A DNA stretch of 64,000 nucleotides. It comes from Vicugna vicugna. Taxonomy: Eukaryota. The translations under genes and the position numbers were made by a program. The notes under the pieces are model-generated. The model searched no databases. It was not told the DNA's origin and saw only the letters and a list, made by a program, of their open reading frames with translations. The stretch lies in NCBI GenBank assembly GCA_013265495.1, contig MU058540.1, positions 767,696 through 831,695 on the forward strand, read 5' to 3'. Shown one piece after another: positions 38,900 to 53,000 of the stretch; position 1 is the stretch's first letter; each line of letters starts with the position of its first letter.

Positions 38900-39420
38900 G
38901 GCAGGGAAGCTGGGACGGTCTCTTTGGAGGGCCACTTGAGACATAAAAAATCGGTTCCACTTTGGGGACTCTCTCCACCAGAAATACCTGAATAACTTTG
39001 TGAGGCTCTACCCGCAGGGATAGTTGTGGCTGCGTTGCAATAAATGTTAAAAATGGAAACCTCCCCGAGTAGCCATTAACTGTAGTAGTAGCAGCCACGG
39101 TGCATCCATATGACAGGATACAATGCAGCCTCAGCAAGAGTGGTGGGGACACGTGCTCGGAGGGGCAACTATGTTGATCCATTAATTGAAATAAAGCAAA
39201 CTGCAGAACAATCTGTGCACTGGGATCCTGTTTATGTTTTTAAAACAAAATTCTATTTGTGTGCATAAAACCAGAGGTGTGTGTCCATAGATAAAAATCT
39301 GGAAGGATATGTACATTTCCTCTGGAGAATGGGATTCACGGTCGGCTAAGAAAGGGGCCACAATCTGACTTTCTCTGTGGTATGATTTGAATATATATGT
39401 ATTCTGTGATAAAAAGGAAA
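38900..39420 (+). mobile_element. Ancient L1 (L1ME-like) 3' fragment
   Basis: Degenerate 'ttccactttggggactct', 'ggtgcatccatatgacaggatacaatgcagcc', 'aaagcaaactgcagaacaat' and 'aaaaatctggaaggatat'. Confidence 0.6.
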
Positions 39421-40436
39421 AGGAAAGGTTGTAGGATGTGGGCTGAAGAGGGAATCTTGCCCTCTGGGAGCTCAGATTTATTAGACTCGGGGGAGCAGTG
39501 GCCGGATGCCCGGCAGAGTGGGCAGGCAGGAGGGGCAAGCCCGCTACAGACTGCCAAGATCTTTCCAGGAGTTTTCTGGTGAATGGCATTTCTGAAAGAG
39601 GATGCTAGCTTAAGGATGAAGCATAGTGGAGGGAAGGTTTTTCTCTAATGGGAGGTGCTGGCACATTGGTAGGCTGTGGAGAGGGAGGTCAGATCAGAAG
39701 TAATTTTACAGGATACTGACTGGGGACAGAGATACTTGGCTGGAGAGCCAGCCTGGGGCATTCAGAAGAGCTTAACCCAAAGCCCAAGGGGAGGAATTAT
39801 CCTAAAAAGGGTGAGGAGCATGTTGGGATGGGGGTCTGGCAGATAACACGAGGTGGGAGGGCCAGGGAGGGAGTTCAGGGTTGATGGTCCCAATTCTTAT
39901 CAATGAACTATGAGTGGATGTGTCGGGGAAAGTGAGCCAGCTGGGAGCAGTGGACAATGGAGGGCAAAAGTAAAATCTGGGAATGGCAAAAAAGGGTTAG
40001 TGACCTGACGGCTAGCTGGTGACAAAGAGGTTAATCCTATCTCTGTGATAGAACAGCCAGGCAGCTCTGCGTTTTTCTTTCAGAAGAGCTCAAGTGCAAG
40101 GCTAGAAAAAATGAAAGTTCACACGATTCCAGGGCTGAGGCCCAGCAAGGCGGGCCCAGTGCAAAGGGAGGGGAATCGAGGGTTTTTAACATGTTGATGG
40201 TAAGGTAAAGAAACAACATGATATGGCATTGGGGACCTGCCGGTTGAGATGAAATCCACAGAAGTATTTTGAGAGAAGAGAATTGTGGAGAGCCACGATG
40301 GGGCTTCTTAGGTGATGTCTGGGCTGGAGGCAGAAGTGAAGAGTGGGGACAAAGTTCCTCAGGAGGGGTTAAAATTGTCTAGGTGGGGGCAGTACTGGGG
40401 CAAAGAGAAAACCTGTGAGTCTGAGGCCAGAGTTTC

Positions 40437-40500
40437 GATTCATTCATTCAACAAATATTTATTGAGCACCTACTATGTGCCAGGCGCCCTTCTGAGCCTC
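40437..40500 (-). mobile_element. L2 3' terminus
   Basis: 'attcattcattcaacaaatatttattgagcacctactatgtgccaggc' is a near-consensus antisense L2 tail. Confidence 0.9.
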
Positions 40501-43500
40501 AGGGGGAGGTGACAGCGGGAGTGCCGGGGACTGCTGTAGATGAAGATGAGAAGAAGGGGGTCGGATCACATCGGGGTGCGTCTCCTGGAGGAAGAGGAAA
40601 CATCCCGAAGGAAGGACTTCGAATGGTCAGGAGGGTGGGGCAAGAAGACGGGAGGGCGCTGACGGGCTGGGGATGGACAGGAAGAAGCGTAGCCTTGCTC
40701 TTTTAGAAGAGCTGGAAGCAGAGCGCCATCCAAGAGAGACAGGCTTCGGGTGAGAGGAAGGAGGAGGCTTATGTGTTTTGTGGCTTCCTCCTTGCAACCC
40801 TGCCAGCCCCTTACCTTCGCCCCCGGGGGGATAAGGGGGAGATGCCAGTCTTTTCTGAGATCCTGCGAAGCTCCCTGCCTAGGACTGTGACACTTCCCTG
40901 TGACTTCAGCTCTGAATTCTGGCTCTTGGCCATTGTGAGGAAGTGAAGAGAAATGGGAGGGATGATAAAGATATTCTTGAGAGAAGGGGGTGAATCTCCC
41001 AGAGGAGGCAGGGCTGGAAGATACTCACACACAGAGGGAAATGGGACCCCACAAAAGAGAGGGTAACCCCCAGGCGCATCTGGTTCTGCCATGCCTTGGG
41101 GGGGTTCCCATTAGCCAGCAAAAGCCTCTGATGGCTTCTTTCCATCCTTTAGGCCACCTGGAAGCCCCGAGGAAGAGGTCTGGGGGCAGTGATGGGGACA
41201 GGGGTGCAGAAAGGGCCTGCAGAGAGGTGGATGGCGATGACCTGCGTTCCTTCCTGGGAAATCTCAGGGAGAAAGCCTTTCATTCTACTTGAAGACCCCG
41301 GCCGCCTTCCAGATTGAGCCCTACTTTCTAGGATCCCTGTCATCACTCTGTCCCATTCCCTACATGACTGATCTTGTCATTTGACTTGAGCATCCTGGTC
41401 TCCATTCTCCCTCTTGGGCAGTGGGCCTGGAGGTCCCCTCAAGGCACTTGTGACCAGCCCATGCTCTCAGCACTAGCAATCAAGTTGTGCTCTTTTCAAC
41501 TCCAGACAAAACTTCTGGACAGGATGACATGGGGCCATTGGCTTCCCCTGCAGAGGGCCACTCTGAGTCTGGAATGGTCTTTCCGGAAGAGTTGGAGGCA
41601 GAAGCCATCTGAGGGTGGGAGGGGGAGCTGAACTACTGATGAACAGATATTTTTCCTCCTTTTGCCCTCTAAGTCCTTGGGATGCCAGGGAAGTCTGGGT
41701 CCCCATCAGCCCTGTCAGCAGGTGGCTGGGTGACTCTTCCATCTCCTATTCCCATCTCAGCAACTTCTGGAGAAAGACAAACGCAGCAGCTGAGATGTGC
41801 AGGGAGGTAAGAGAAGGCGGCAGGAAGTGAGGAGCAGGAGCCAGAGCCCCCGGGCAGGGACGCTGTTGCCTCAGATGAAGATGGGTTGGAGGGGGTGGGA
41901 TGGGAAAGGGAACACAGCACTTGGAAGGCAACTCTGCCCCTCCATCTGCGAGTGGCCACCTGCGAGCTGCAGCAGATAATTCTAGGAGAGAATAACAGAA
42001 GGGGCCAAAAAAAGCTTGAAACTGCTTAGAAGCCAGCCCCAGGTAGAAGAGTGGAAGAAAGAATGTGCTGGAAACAGATCTGCTTCTGGGATTGGTGGGA
42101 CAAGGGCACATGTTCATCTCAACCTGTAGGTAAACCTGCTGGAGGGAGGGCCCTTGAGGGGAAGGGGCGCAGTGGTGGAAAGCTGCCCTCCTGTGGGTCC
42201 CTCTCCTCCTCTCTTCACTGCACCCCTGTGCGCACACGCTGCGCTGTGCCATCATGGGCCACAGTACGGCCCCCAGCCAGCGCCGGTGGGTCCCCTGGGG
42301 GCCTTGGGTCTGGAACAGAAAGTGGAGACAGGGATGCATGTGGTGGGCTCCCTCACTGCTTCTGCCGGACCACCCTGCTCCCAAGCCTGGCGCTCATGAG
42401 CTCTGCTTTCTGCTGAGACCATCAGGCCAATGGCTGCTGGAAACCAGTCTGCTTTCTTACAGACCAAACCTCTTCACCTGCCCTTTGTTCACCATACTCA
42501 GGAAGAGCTCATAGGCGGCAGTGCCATGTACACTCCACAGTGGCCTGGAATGATGGAAGTGCCACACCTGCCCTGATCCCACCCCAAGACCGACTTGCGG
42601 CCCTGGGGCCGGGGCTCTCAGCGCTCCCCCCCATAACTTTGATGGGACCCTCTCATGTCCTCAATGTATCTAAACCCTATGTTAAATTTATTTTCAGTTT
42701 AAAAACCTCTCCTGAGAAAAACTACCTGCTTTGCTAAATGGGTCCTTCCAGCACCAAGGGGTGTCCTTGTCCTGATATCGTTGCATTTTAGGAACTGATT
42801 CATGATCCTTGCTGACACCTCCTTAGAGACTGGAAGACACTACACACAGCACAGCTCAGCCCACTTCTTTCTAGAACACTTGAGCTTCCTGGCACCCTTC
42901 CCTGGACTAGAGAAAACCTCATAACACGTCACTTGAGGGAGAGTGACCAGAACTTTAAGTCTCAGGTGCAGCGGCTGCTTGCTGTTCCAGGCTCAGATGA
43001 GGTTCCAGTTTGCTTTCTGCTGGTGATTCCACCGTTTCACTGGCCTCCTATGCTCAGGGGGGCCCAGATCCTTGTCTTTATCCTAAGGCCACACTGGAGG
43101 CCATGCCTCCCCGATGCACATAGGGTACATCCATCCACTTCGAAGTTCAAGTCTACCACTCGCTTCCCTACTCCCTGAGCTGTAGTTCTGCAGTCCTTCC
43201 GTCTCCTGCAGCTGCGAATTGAATTACTCTTTTTGTGCCCCATTTTCCCCATGCTGTAAGACAGGTCCCAGCACGGCTCCTCAGACCACCCTACTGGTAA
43301 CAGTTCTCAGAAACATACCTGCTCAGTTCTGCTTTTGAATTGGGCTTTTGGTGATCCATTCCTCTTTATCCATAAAAGTCTGACACATCTTTCTGTCTCA
43401 GATTTCTTCCTCCTCAAACCCAACCCCCAGGGATCCACATATTTCATCTTTTCTCACCTGTCTCTCCTAGCTTTCTCACTTGGGCAACATAGAGGAGGGA

Positions 43501-45429
43501 GGATGGCGGTCTAGTTGATCCTGTCCCAATCTGGCCTGAGCTTTCCCTACATTGGCCCAAGCCCACAGATTCTCTCTAGTGAGGAGTTTGATTGGTAATA
43601 AGACAAAAGCAGGATGGATAAGGGGAGGCTACAAAGGCTCAGGGAATGTCACCGGGTCCTCCCAGCTTTACTTCCTGGGTCTCTATGTCAGTGTTAGGGG
43701 ACGGTCCTCTGTCTTCGTTTGCTGACTCAGTGGAGGTGATGCAGACCCTGTTTCTGCTGCTCCCTCACTTTCTTCTCCAGAGCCACGCTCCTACCCGCTC
43801 TGAGGCCCCTCTCCCCAGCTCTGGGCACAGGAGGTTGACCTGAAACGACATCTCCCAGTGGGGTCCAGGCCCTGGCCACGATCAGGAGTGAATGAAGCTG
43901 GGGAAAGTGGGCACTGGCTGTGTCCCTCAGTGGGAGGTCACAGCTCTGGCCCAGTTGCCCTCCCTGGGTCTCACAAGTGCGTGCTCCCTTGCTTTTAGGT
44001 CTTCTATTTCTCCCTGAAGCATGTCCTAAAATTCCACCATCAGAAAGATTGCTCAGTGGGATGGCTGAGCTTTACAAGCCCTAGGCATGGCCAGATCTTT
44101 GTTCCTACTGGCTCCCTGACCAGCATGGTCCTTCTCTCCAGGGTGGCTTCTCAATTTCTTAAACCCATGTTTCCTTTTGGTGAACACACAAGGCTGGTGC
44201 CCCACCACGCATTCTGATGCACCTTTTGGGTAGTGTGGGAGCTCCCACCCTCATGATTGGGTACCGTGAATGCTCTGAAAGGACAGACTGCTCACTTTGC
44301 AGCCTACCTGCCAGGGTTTTGCTGGGCTCCGCACAGTAGAGTTGGTGTCGTGAAAACACTCGATGGCTTCTTTTCCAAAGTAAAATTCAAACTTGAATAT
44401 GCTTTGATTCAAAAGGTATCTCCCTGAGGTTCTGAGGCTCTTCTGGGACCTCCAGATGGAATGGCTGGCCAAAAAGCCAAAACTTGGGGGGAAGTGTGGG
44501 GCCAGGGATGGGAAAGGTGGAGGGTCCCCCAGTGCTGTTGCTGAGAGGGGGGGTCCAGAAAAGGAGATTAGTCCAGAACTAAGGGGAAAGTTGACACTTA
44601 CGGGGCAGGAACAGGAAGGGAACAAGTGGAGGAGGATTACCAAAAGGCAGAAGTTGGAAGGAGAGAAAGATTAGGAAAAATCGCTGTCCCAGAAGTCAAG
44701 GAAAGCATGTCAGCAGAGGGGGCACAGGTGGCCGTGGTAAATGCTACCCAGAGGTTACCTTTTGAAGGCCTGCACTGTATCCTGTGGACTTAGCAAGGCT
44801 GCTAGTGTGTCCAGCTGGAGCTGCTGCCATGGTGTCGGGGTTTGGGGGACAGGGGGGCACTGCAGGGCCCCAGCAGGGGAGGAAGGGGCTGCCCTTAGCA
44901 GCTGAGGGGATGATGCCCTCAGAGAGGGAGATGCTGAGTTTTTGCATTGAGGGAGAAGACTGAAGGCACCAAGTCTGAAGAGCGTGGGCAGGGGGTCTTG
45001 GGCCCTGGTGGAGGGCTCCACTCCCAGCTCCTGGAGGCCTGGGGAGAGAGACAGGTTCAGTGGCACATGGTGGTTGCAAGAAGTCCAGAGACTTCACAGC
45101 CAAGGGAAAGGGCAGGTGTGAGGGCACACACTTTACTGGACAGTAGCATCCTGGGATACTTAGATGCCTGCGCTTCTGAGGCTGAAAGACCAAGCTAGGG
45201 ACTGGTCCTGGGCTAGGGGATTGAAAGGAGGCTGAGATGCGAGGACAAGAGCCCAGAGGGGTAAATGCTTATGAGAGGGGGTCTAAGCAGTGAAGGAAGG
45301 GAGTGAAGCCTGAATGCTGAGACTACCCAGGGGACTCCAGAACCTGGAGCTCTCCATGAGATTGAAAATGGGGACTTTTTTATGATGACTATTTGTTTAT
45401 CTTTGTAATCAAAAAAAAAAGTCATTTAA

Positions 45430-45845
45430 AAGGAAAAAATGGCCTAAGTGCCCATCAGTGGTATAATGGATAAATAAATCATGGTATATTCCATGCAACA
45501 GTGTGGATACATTGTAAGAACATATAATGGTTGAGCAAAAGAGGTCAGACATAAAAGACTAGAGACCCTTGCAATCATTTATGTAAAGTTCAAGAAACAG
45601 GCAAAAGTAACTGGTGGGGTTAGATTTTAGGGTAGTGATTACTCTTGGGGAGAGAGATCACTAGGAAGGAATACCAGGAGCTCCTGGGGTGGGGATGGGG
45701 GGCTTCCTCTATTCTTGAGATTTGCTGATCTCAGACTAGTTCACGGGTCCTTTCAGTGGATGAGATGCCATGGCCTATCCATTTATGACATGGACATTTT
45801 TCGGCATGCTTGATCTACTTCGACAAAAAGTTTCCTTTAAAAAAC
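45430..45845 (+). mobile_element. Ancient L1 (L1MC/ME-like) 3' fragment
   Basis: 'cctaagtgcccatcagtgg...atggataaataaatcatggtatatt', 'catttatgtaaagttcaagaaacaggcaaaa' and 'ggtagtgattactcttgggg'. Confidence 0.75.
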
Positions 45846-48800
45846 AGAGAGATAGAATAATATGAAGCAGTTCCATTGGGCTCCAAGGCCAGTCACTTCT
45901 GAGGTCACCTCCCAGAGGTGTTGGACCTCCTTCCAGCCTGCTGGAAACCGCAGCCATCAACACGGCAGTGGTTCTTCCTGCCCAGGCACTGCTCCCGGTG
46001 AAGAACTTGCCACCTCTGTCTTCTCCCCCTGCCCTCGCCAGTGAAGGTAAAAGATGTTGAAGATGATCAATCACATCATACATACTCAAGGCCATTTCCC
46101 CTTGGGAATCCTCCAGGCCTTGTATCCAGTGTCTCCTGTGGCAAAGCCTATAAGTCTTGCCCTACAGATACTGCTGCCCTAATTGACCCAGCTGCCCTGG
46201 ATCCACCCAGCGGGATGCCTTTTTCTAATTTGCCCAAAGATGCCCAAGAAATTCTCAACATCCCTGCTCAAAGTCTCTGGGCAAATCTTCTTTAGATCTT
46301 ACAATGTCTGGCCCAGAACAAAAGGGCAATGTGAGGGTTTTTACCCACATTATTACACTAACAATAGTGACAGTACTTGTGATGGGCATAGAACCTTTTA
46401 TTTTTCATAGCACTTGTGTGGACATTAATCTGTGCCAGGGCTTTGCCCAGGTTCTGGCAAGGATAGAAGCCTCTCTCCTGGCCATGCTTCCTGTGGCTCC
46501 CTGGGGGCTGCCTGGGTAGCCACGAGAGTGAGCTGGTTTGGACAGTGTGGCCAGCCGTCCTTTGCCCTCACCTCTGTGCGTAGTCGGCAGACAGAGGAGA
46601 CATGTCATTAGTTTGCAAGATGTCTGGGGTTCTGTGCATCCTGCCATCATTCTACCATTGACGGACTCCTTCTGCAGCCCCATTTATTCTTTAGTTCCTA
46701 CTTTTGATGTTTCTGAAGGCCCTTGAAAGGGGCTCCCGGCTCCCAGACCCTCTCTCCTGGGAGACTTTCTGCCCACGGCGGCCTTGCGTTCAGCTGCCTG
46801 TGGCCTCTGGTCATGGGCCTAGACTTTTGTTCTGCAAGACTCATTTTTTTGTTGTTTTTTTCCCCATTTTCAAATATTCTCCAAGGCTTCCTGTGGTGTT
46901 TTTCCTCTTTAAACTGTTCCTTTTGATTTTTCCCCCTTACTGTTGGCCACATTTCATCATAGTTTCTTTGACTGAAATGGAGCACCTGAGGGGCCTGTCT
47001 GGGAGGTCTCTGCCACCAGAGCACTAAGTGTTATCACGTGGGTATTAAGAGCCTCCATGACATCCTGAGGTCTGTTTCTTTGGATCACAAACCAGCCTCT
47101 TCCCTCTCTCTGTGGTTGAGAAAACTCTGTATCGAAAAAGGCAGTCATTTATCTTAACCAAGAATTATACCTCCGTGTCTCGTTCTGAAGAGGAATCAGC
47201 AGTTGGAGCCAGGAGGGTGGAGTTTTATCTTGAGTCATGAAGTAGCAACTGACTGAGGGGAACTCATCGTCCAGAAAATGGTGCAATGGGAAAAGAGAAA
47301 GTTCCAGAAAGCTTTGGGAGACACCTCAGGGCAATTAGTAAAATGAGATTTCGTTATTGAAAACCAATCTATTATGGCTCTGTAACAACTGTCTGCTTCT
47401 CCATGTATGGAGCTGTTGGTTGAACCAGCTGGTGGGGTATGGCCCTCCTAGCTTCTCCCTTCCTGTAGAATTTCCAGTCCCTCAGAGCCGCGGTCATTGG
47501 TCAGTTGCCTTCCACTTCATCTATTCCACCCACTGCTGCAGAGACTGCACCAAACACTCCAAGTCATCCATTTTATTTCTCCACTTGCGACATGTATGTA
47601 GACACAGTTACATAGTTCTGTTTTTCTCCTACTTTCCGGGCCTGCCAGTTGTCAGATTTTGTGGGTAAATTTCACTGTTACCCTGATTTTCTTCAAATCC
47701 CTTTACATTCCCTCCTGATCACTGCCTGTCATGGGGTAGGTACCAATTTGAATCTCATACAGGTTGATGCCAATTGGCATTTTCTCCAATTTTAGTTGAA
47801 AAACTACCCTGATCCCATTTGAGCCTCACTTCCAGCAGCTTAGAACCATTCATCCAACCCATGCATTCAGTCTCAGAGGCCCTGCCATGTCCCGTGTCCT
47901 CCAACAGAACTCTGAAGACTTGAGATGAGCCAGACAATTGTAGATGGGAATGCTAGCACTGAAACCAAATCTAGCAGGCAGAGTGGAGGGGCGGGGGTAG
48001 AATGAGATGCTGAACTCGGCCTGGAATAAGCAGGGCAGAGAGGACAGCAGCAAGCGCTTGCTGTGTATGGATTATCTGGAGGTGGGAGGTTCTAGAATTC
48101 AGGGGCAGGTTAATTAAGGGGGCTGGGGGATGGAGGATGAGGCAGAGAGAGTCAGCTGTAGAAGACCCTAACGTACAGAGACAGAGGAAGAAGTATGATG
48201 ATTCATGCTGGGGTAGGATGCTCTGTCGACCTGGGGTGGCCAGGAGGATGCGTGTTCTGAGCCTTGGGAGCAGAGAAGAGAGTCTGGGAAATGGTGGACT
48301 ACGTCTGAGCCAATGATTGGTGATCTGATTAGAAACCTCTCTTCATCAGCCAGGCTTGAGCTGCGGGGGCAGGGTTGGGGGAGGGGTGGCTGCCTCACGC
48401 CTACTTTGGAGGGCTTGTCTCTGGCTCCAGCTCCTAACCTCCATTCCTCGCTTCCTGAGCCAATGACAGAGTCCACAGCTGGCCTCTTCCTTGGGCACAG
48501 AGGTGGCCATGCACTGCCTGCCTCTGCCCCCAAATCCAAATGACCAAAGCCCCTCCCTGCCAGGGAACTTTCCCCAGTTGTTTCCTTGTCCCCAGCAAAC
48601 TGACTCTAGAACCAGCCAGCCCTCAGCAGGTGTGTCCTCTTGACTGGGCCAAAGAGAGGAGAGTGGCTCAGGCCTCTGCAGCCTAGCCTCCACAAGCCTT
48701 CAGAAAAGTAACAAGGAAACAGGACTTCATGGGGTCCTCCTTTGTCCTGGCCCCACGGACTCATTCTGTACTGTCTCTAGAGTGCAGTGACTTTTTTGGT

Positions 48801-49799
48801 TTTTTTGGTTTGGTTGGTTCTTTGAGTATCTAGGTTATCTACAGCTTCCCAGCCCACCCCTCACTTCTCCCTATCAGTCTGCCCTCTGTCCAAGGCCTCC
48901 CTGGGGCCTTCTCCAGGAAGCTTTCCTGGTCCACTCCAGCTCACCACCGTCTTGCCGGTCCTCTGACTACATAGAGCTTTTGTGTCTGCATCCCATATTT
49001 TATTGAGTGGTGTATTATAGTCCATTGGTGGCCTAGCTCTGTTTTAACCTCTAAGAGTTTCTTAGGCATTCTTTTCTCTATCTAGCAAGATAATTAACTC
49101 TTTGAGAATGGGTCTGACCCTGCTTTTCTTTTAAAGCCCTTCATCCCTCAACCTAGGGGAGAAGCAAAGAGTTTGGGTGGGAAGCTGGCCTGTGAACTAG
49201 CTGCCTGTGTAATACTGGTGCTGAGGTCTCAGTATTAAAGGATGCTGAATAAGTCTGGGCACTGGTTACATAGAGGCAAAAATGACATGTGCTCCAACAA
49301 CTGGCATCTCAGTGGAAAACGGGAGTTCTCCAAGGGCAATGAAATAGCTAGACATGGTGCTGAGGACCATTCGGATGGAAAGTTCAGATGACCCAGGGGG
49401 TGCAGTGGGAATGACGTGGTGGGGACGAGGGGACCAAGAGGGGATAGCCTGCTTGGGAAGGAAGTAGACTCAGCAACTGGGCTGAGAGGACAGACTTCAG
49501 CGTTTTCTAAGTCAAACCACTGTCTAAGTGGGCAAGCTGGCCTGCTTGGCATTATAGGACCAGGGGGGCCATTAGTCAGTCCTGTCCTACCTAGCCAGGT
49601 CAGCTCAGAGGAGGGCTGTGGTGGGGAATGATAGGGTTTGAGGTACAGGGAGGGGAAGGAATGAAGTCCCTCCCAGGGCCCAGAACTGGGGTCCACAGCC
49701 AGGCTCCAGGGTGACTGGAAACGGCACAGCCATGGGGCAAAGGGTGACCAGTGAATATAGGCCGAATTGAACTGAACGACATGCGTCCTCATCTCATCA

Positions 49800-50090
49800 G
49801 CTCAGCTTAGCTTTCCCCCTCAGAAAAGTCTCTTCTGATGCCCCACAGCTCCACTGGCCTCCCTCCCCCCACCAAGGCTAGCTTGTCTGGTTCTATTTTC
49901 TTCATAGCACTTACTATTATCTGGATTTATCTTGTCCATCTGTTTCCTTGTTGGTTGTCTGTCTCTCCTCCCTGGAAGCTAAAATCCATGCAGGCAGGGT
50001 TTGGTCATTCTTGGCTGAAGCTGTACCTTCAGCTTCTAGAATGGTGCCTGACCCAGAGGGGCTCCATGAGTATTTGTTGAATGGATGAAC
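49800..50090 (+). mobile_element. L2 3' end
   Basis: 'tattttcttcatagcacttact', 'gttgtctgtctctcctcc' and 'tctagaatggtgcctgacccagaggggctccatgagtatttgttgaatggatgaa'. Confidence 0.8.
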
Positions 50091-53000
50091 GGGTGGATGA
50101 CAACAAAGGGACAGACACCAAGTCTGGAGTGGGACGGGGGTCCAATCAAACCTCCTTGACTCTCATCCCAGGACCCAATACAGAGGAGCTCCCAACTGGG
50201 AAGAGGGCCTGCCAGGCACTGGGAAGGAATGAGTTCTGGACTAGGGCCAGCCAGCGTTTGCTGACAGATGGGATGCTGAAAGATTTGTGGACTAGAATGC
50301 ATTTCTAGATTCATTTGAGCCTGAACCCCTGGAGGCAGGGAAAGGGAGGGCCAAAAATGTGTGGTTCTGTTCCCCTGCCTGGGACAGGCCTTCTCTTGAG
50401 GGCCCAATAGTCCAGAGGGGTCTCTGGGGGTTGGGGAGGGAGGAGCATGCTCCCAGGCTGTCTGACAGAGTGGAGGTGTGATGCTGGGCACAGTGAGCCT
50501 TTGGGGTGTCACAGTCCTTGGGGAACAGTGTCTGGTCCAGCAATGAGCCGTGGGGAGGGCCTTGCACTAGGTACAGGAAGGACAGGGCTTTTGCACTTCC
50601 CCTGCCCAGGTGTGGGGTGTCCTGGACGGAGCCTTTGACTAGGACCTATTTCTAGTTTTAGCATGGCAGTTCCAGCCTTGTTCTCTTTTCCAGCTGACCA
50701 CACTGTCACCACTACATCTGGGCCCCCACCTGGCCAATCCAATGAGAAGCCTAAGGAAGAGAAGGTAACTGGCTGACGCTGAGGGTCCCTCGAAGTTCAG
50801 GCAGGGCCAGTGGAGGCAGGGATGGGGCAGGGAAGCTCCGAGAAGAACTCAAGATCTTCACTGAGGGCAGTTCTAGAATAGGTTGATGATGTCTTTTTCT
50901 CTCTTCTAAGGCCTTCTTTCCCTCTTTCTGTACTTGCCGGAGAGCTCCAATCTTTTATTTCTAAGAGAGAAAATATCCAAGTTTGGAAAGCAGAACTTGA
51001 AGCTAATACGGGTCTGGGTGGGGCTATTTGGGGCTGAAGCCCCGCTCCTATAAATGTGTCTGCTGGACAAAACTATATGGAGAGCAAGGGACGGGGTGGC
51101 AGATAGCCCTTCTCCCCATCTGTGTTCTCTGTCTTTGGCAGGCCCCTTACCCCTAATGGAAGGTTTCTGAGCATCCCAGAGTGTCACCAAAGAGCGCCTG
51201 AGCCTGAGCCTTGGGAAACTTCTGGGGCTTGGTGTCTGGGCTCAGGAGATGCAGAGTGAGGCATGGCTTTGGGTGCTCCACCCTTGCCCAACAGGCATCC
51301 ATCTGATGAGCTTCTGGGGCCTCCCACATTGCTGTCCCACAAAGCAAGGTGCCCCACAAGGCATCTCCTCTGCATGGACCTACCATCCTCCAAACCTGCC
51401 CCCCTTCCCCATGTCACCTTCAACTCCCCATCTGACTCACTTCCCCCTCCTTGTCCCTGTCTCTGTTTGTAATGGGGCTCTTGCCAGTTAAGCCCCACCT
51501 TGCTTCCTGGTCCTAGGTCGAATCTCTGTGGGTTCCTTTCTTGCTCAGGCCTCAGGGTCTGGGTGCAGCATCCTCTTCTCTTCACAGCTGCACCCACCTA
51601 CCCTACCTTCTGGGGCTCCCCTCCCTGCTCTCAGCATGGCCACCAAGGGATGCTCCAGCTCCCTGCTTCTTCGTCACCGGGTCCCAGTTTAGCATGGGAG
51701 GTGACAAGTCCTCCCATGCATAAAGGATGGACTTGTCCCATCCTTATAAGATAATTAAGATAATATAAGGTTGTTAGAGACGTCTCAGAAATGATCACAG
51801 AGCATTTGTCCCTGACCAAGCAGAAACATCAGTGACTGGGAAGGTCTTTTCTTCTCCTGGGTTCTTTGTGGCCCCCAGGCTCTGATTTCGCTTTCCTACC
51901 TCTTAGGATTTTCTGGAGTCTCCTGAAGGTCAACTGAGGTCCAGTTTGTTCTGGATATTGTTTGTGGATTCACAGGCTGCAGGAAGTCAGGAGGACTGGT
52001 AGGGGTGCATAATTAGCCAGTTGGAGCAGCATATGAAGCCTCACTGCAAGTGGGACCACTGTCCCAGATGGTGGGAACGGAGGCAGACAGCCTGAGATAG
52101 ATGGAGCCATGACAGGTCCACATATCTGTCCCCGGGCCTCTCTGGCAGCCCCCCGGCCCCTATCCACCAGAGAAGACCTGGTAAAGGGTCTCATACAACC
52201 CTCTGTGGATGGTCTAGGGGAGGAGGTTTTCCAGGCAGGAACATCCACCCTCAAGGCCTTCAAACGAGGGACCTCCCCTTTGGGACTGATCCTGCTTGAC
52301 AATCTGGTTCATAAGTGAGGGTAATGGAATCCAAGTTACGGTATCTATCTGGCTGCAAAGGTCTGGGGAAATGCCATTTTTGTAAGGATAAGGTGTTGGG
52401 GTTTCTGAGGTTTAACATCACTGCTGTCCTGGTTTCTGGGGACATGTAGGCTTAGGAAGTTAGAGTAAGTGAAAAGGTAAAGGGGATGGAGGACTAAGGG
52501 TTAGCCCCCAAAGAACCACCAAAGCAGAAATCTGTCTGCAGCACTGGGGATGCTAACAATGGGACCCTGGGCCCCTCCCTGGCAGAGAGAGTGCAAGAAT
52601 TGCTTCCTAAGAGTCTGGGTTGGAGTCAGGAAGGAAACCAAAGCACTGTCCCTGGGTGAAGAGCTTGGAAGGTTGGAGGAGCTAGGGGCAGGGCCCTGAG
52701 TCAGGACTGTCCAGGGGGCCAGGCCCCCCTGGATCATGACCTGGCCTTGAACTTGGCCTGGATGGCCAGAGACTCTTTGACCTCCACAAGGAACTTACAT
52801 TCCCCTAGCATCAACTTCCTGGGAAGAGAATATACACAAGAACAGGGATGAGGCTGGTTTGCGAGTAGAATGGGGCTTTGGGGTCTTAATGGATTAGGAC
52901 GACATCAGCCTGCCATGGAGGACTAGCCAGATTTCATGCCCCCCAAAATCACCTAGGAACAAAGGAACAAATCCAGGAATGACACCCAGGTAGAGGGGAG

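Noticed and set aside
38449..40472. Inverted L2 tails as a miR-28/151-type hairpin precursor
   Set aside because: The arms are about 2 kb apart and only about 36 bp long, so they cannot form a compact pre-miRNA hairpin.
46000..47950. Possible very old CR1/L3 LINE fragments on the minus strand
   Set aside because: The resemblance is too faint to support by eye; it needs a Dfam HMM search.
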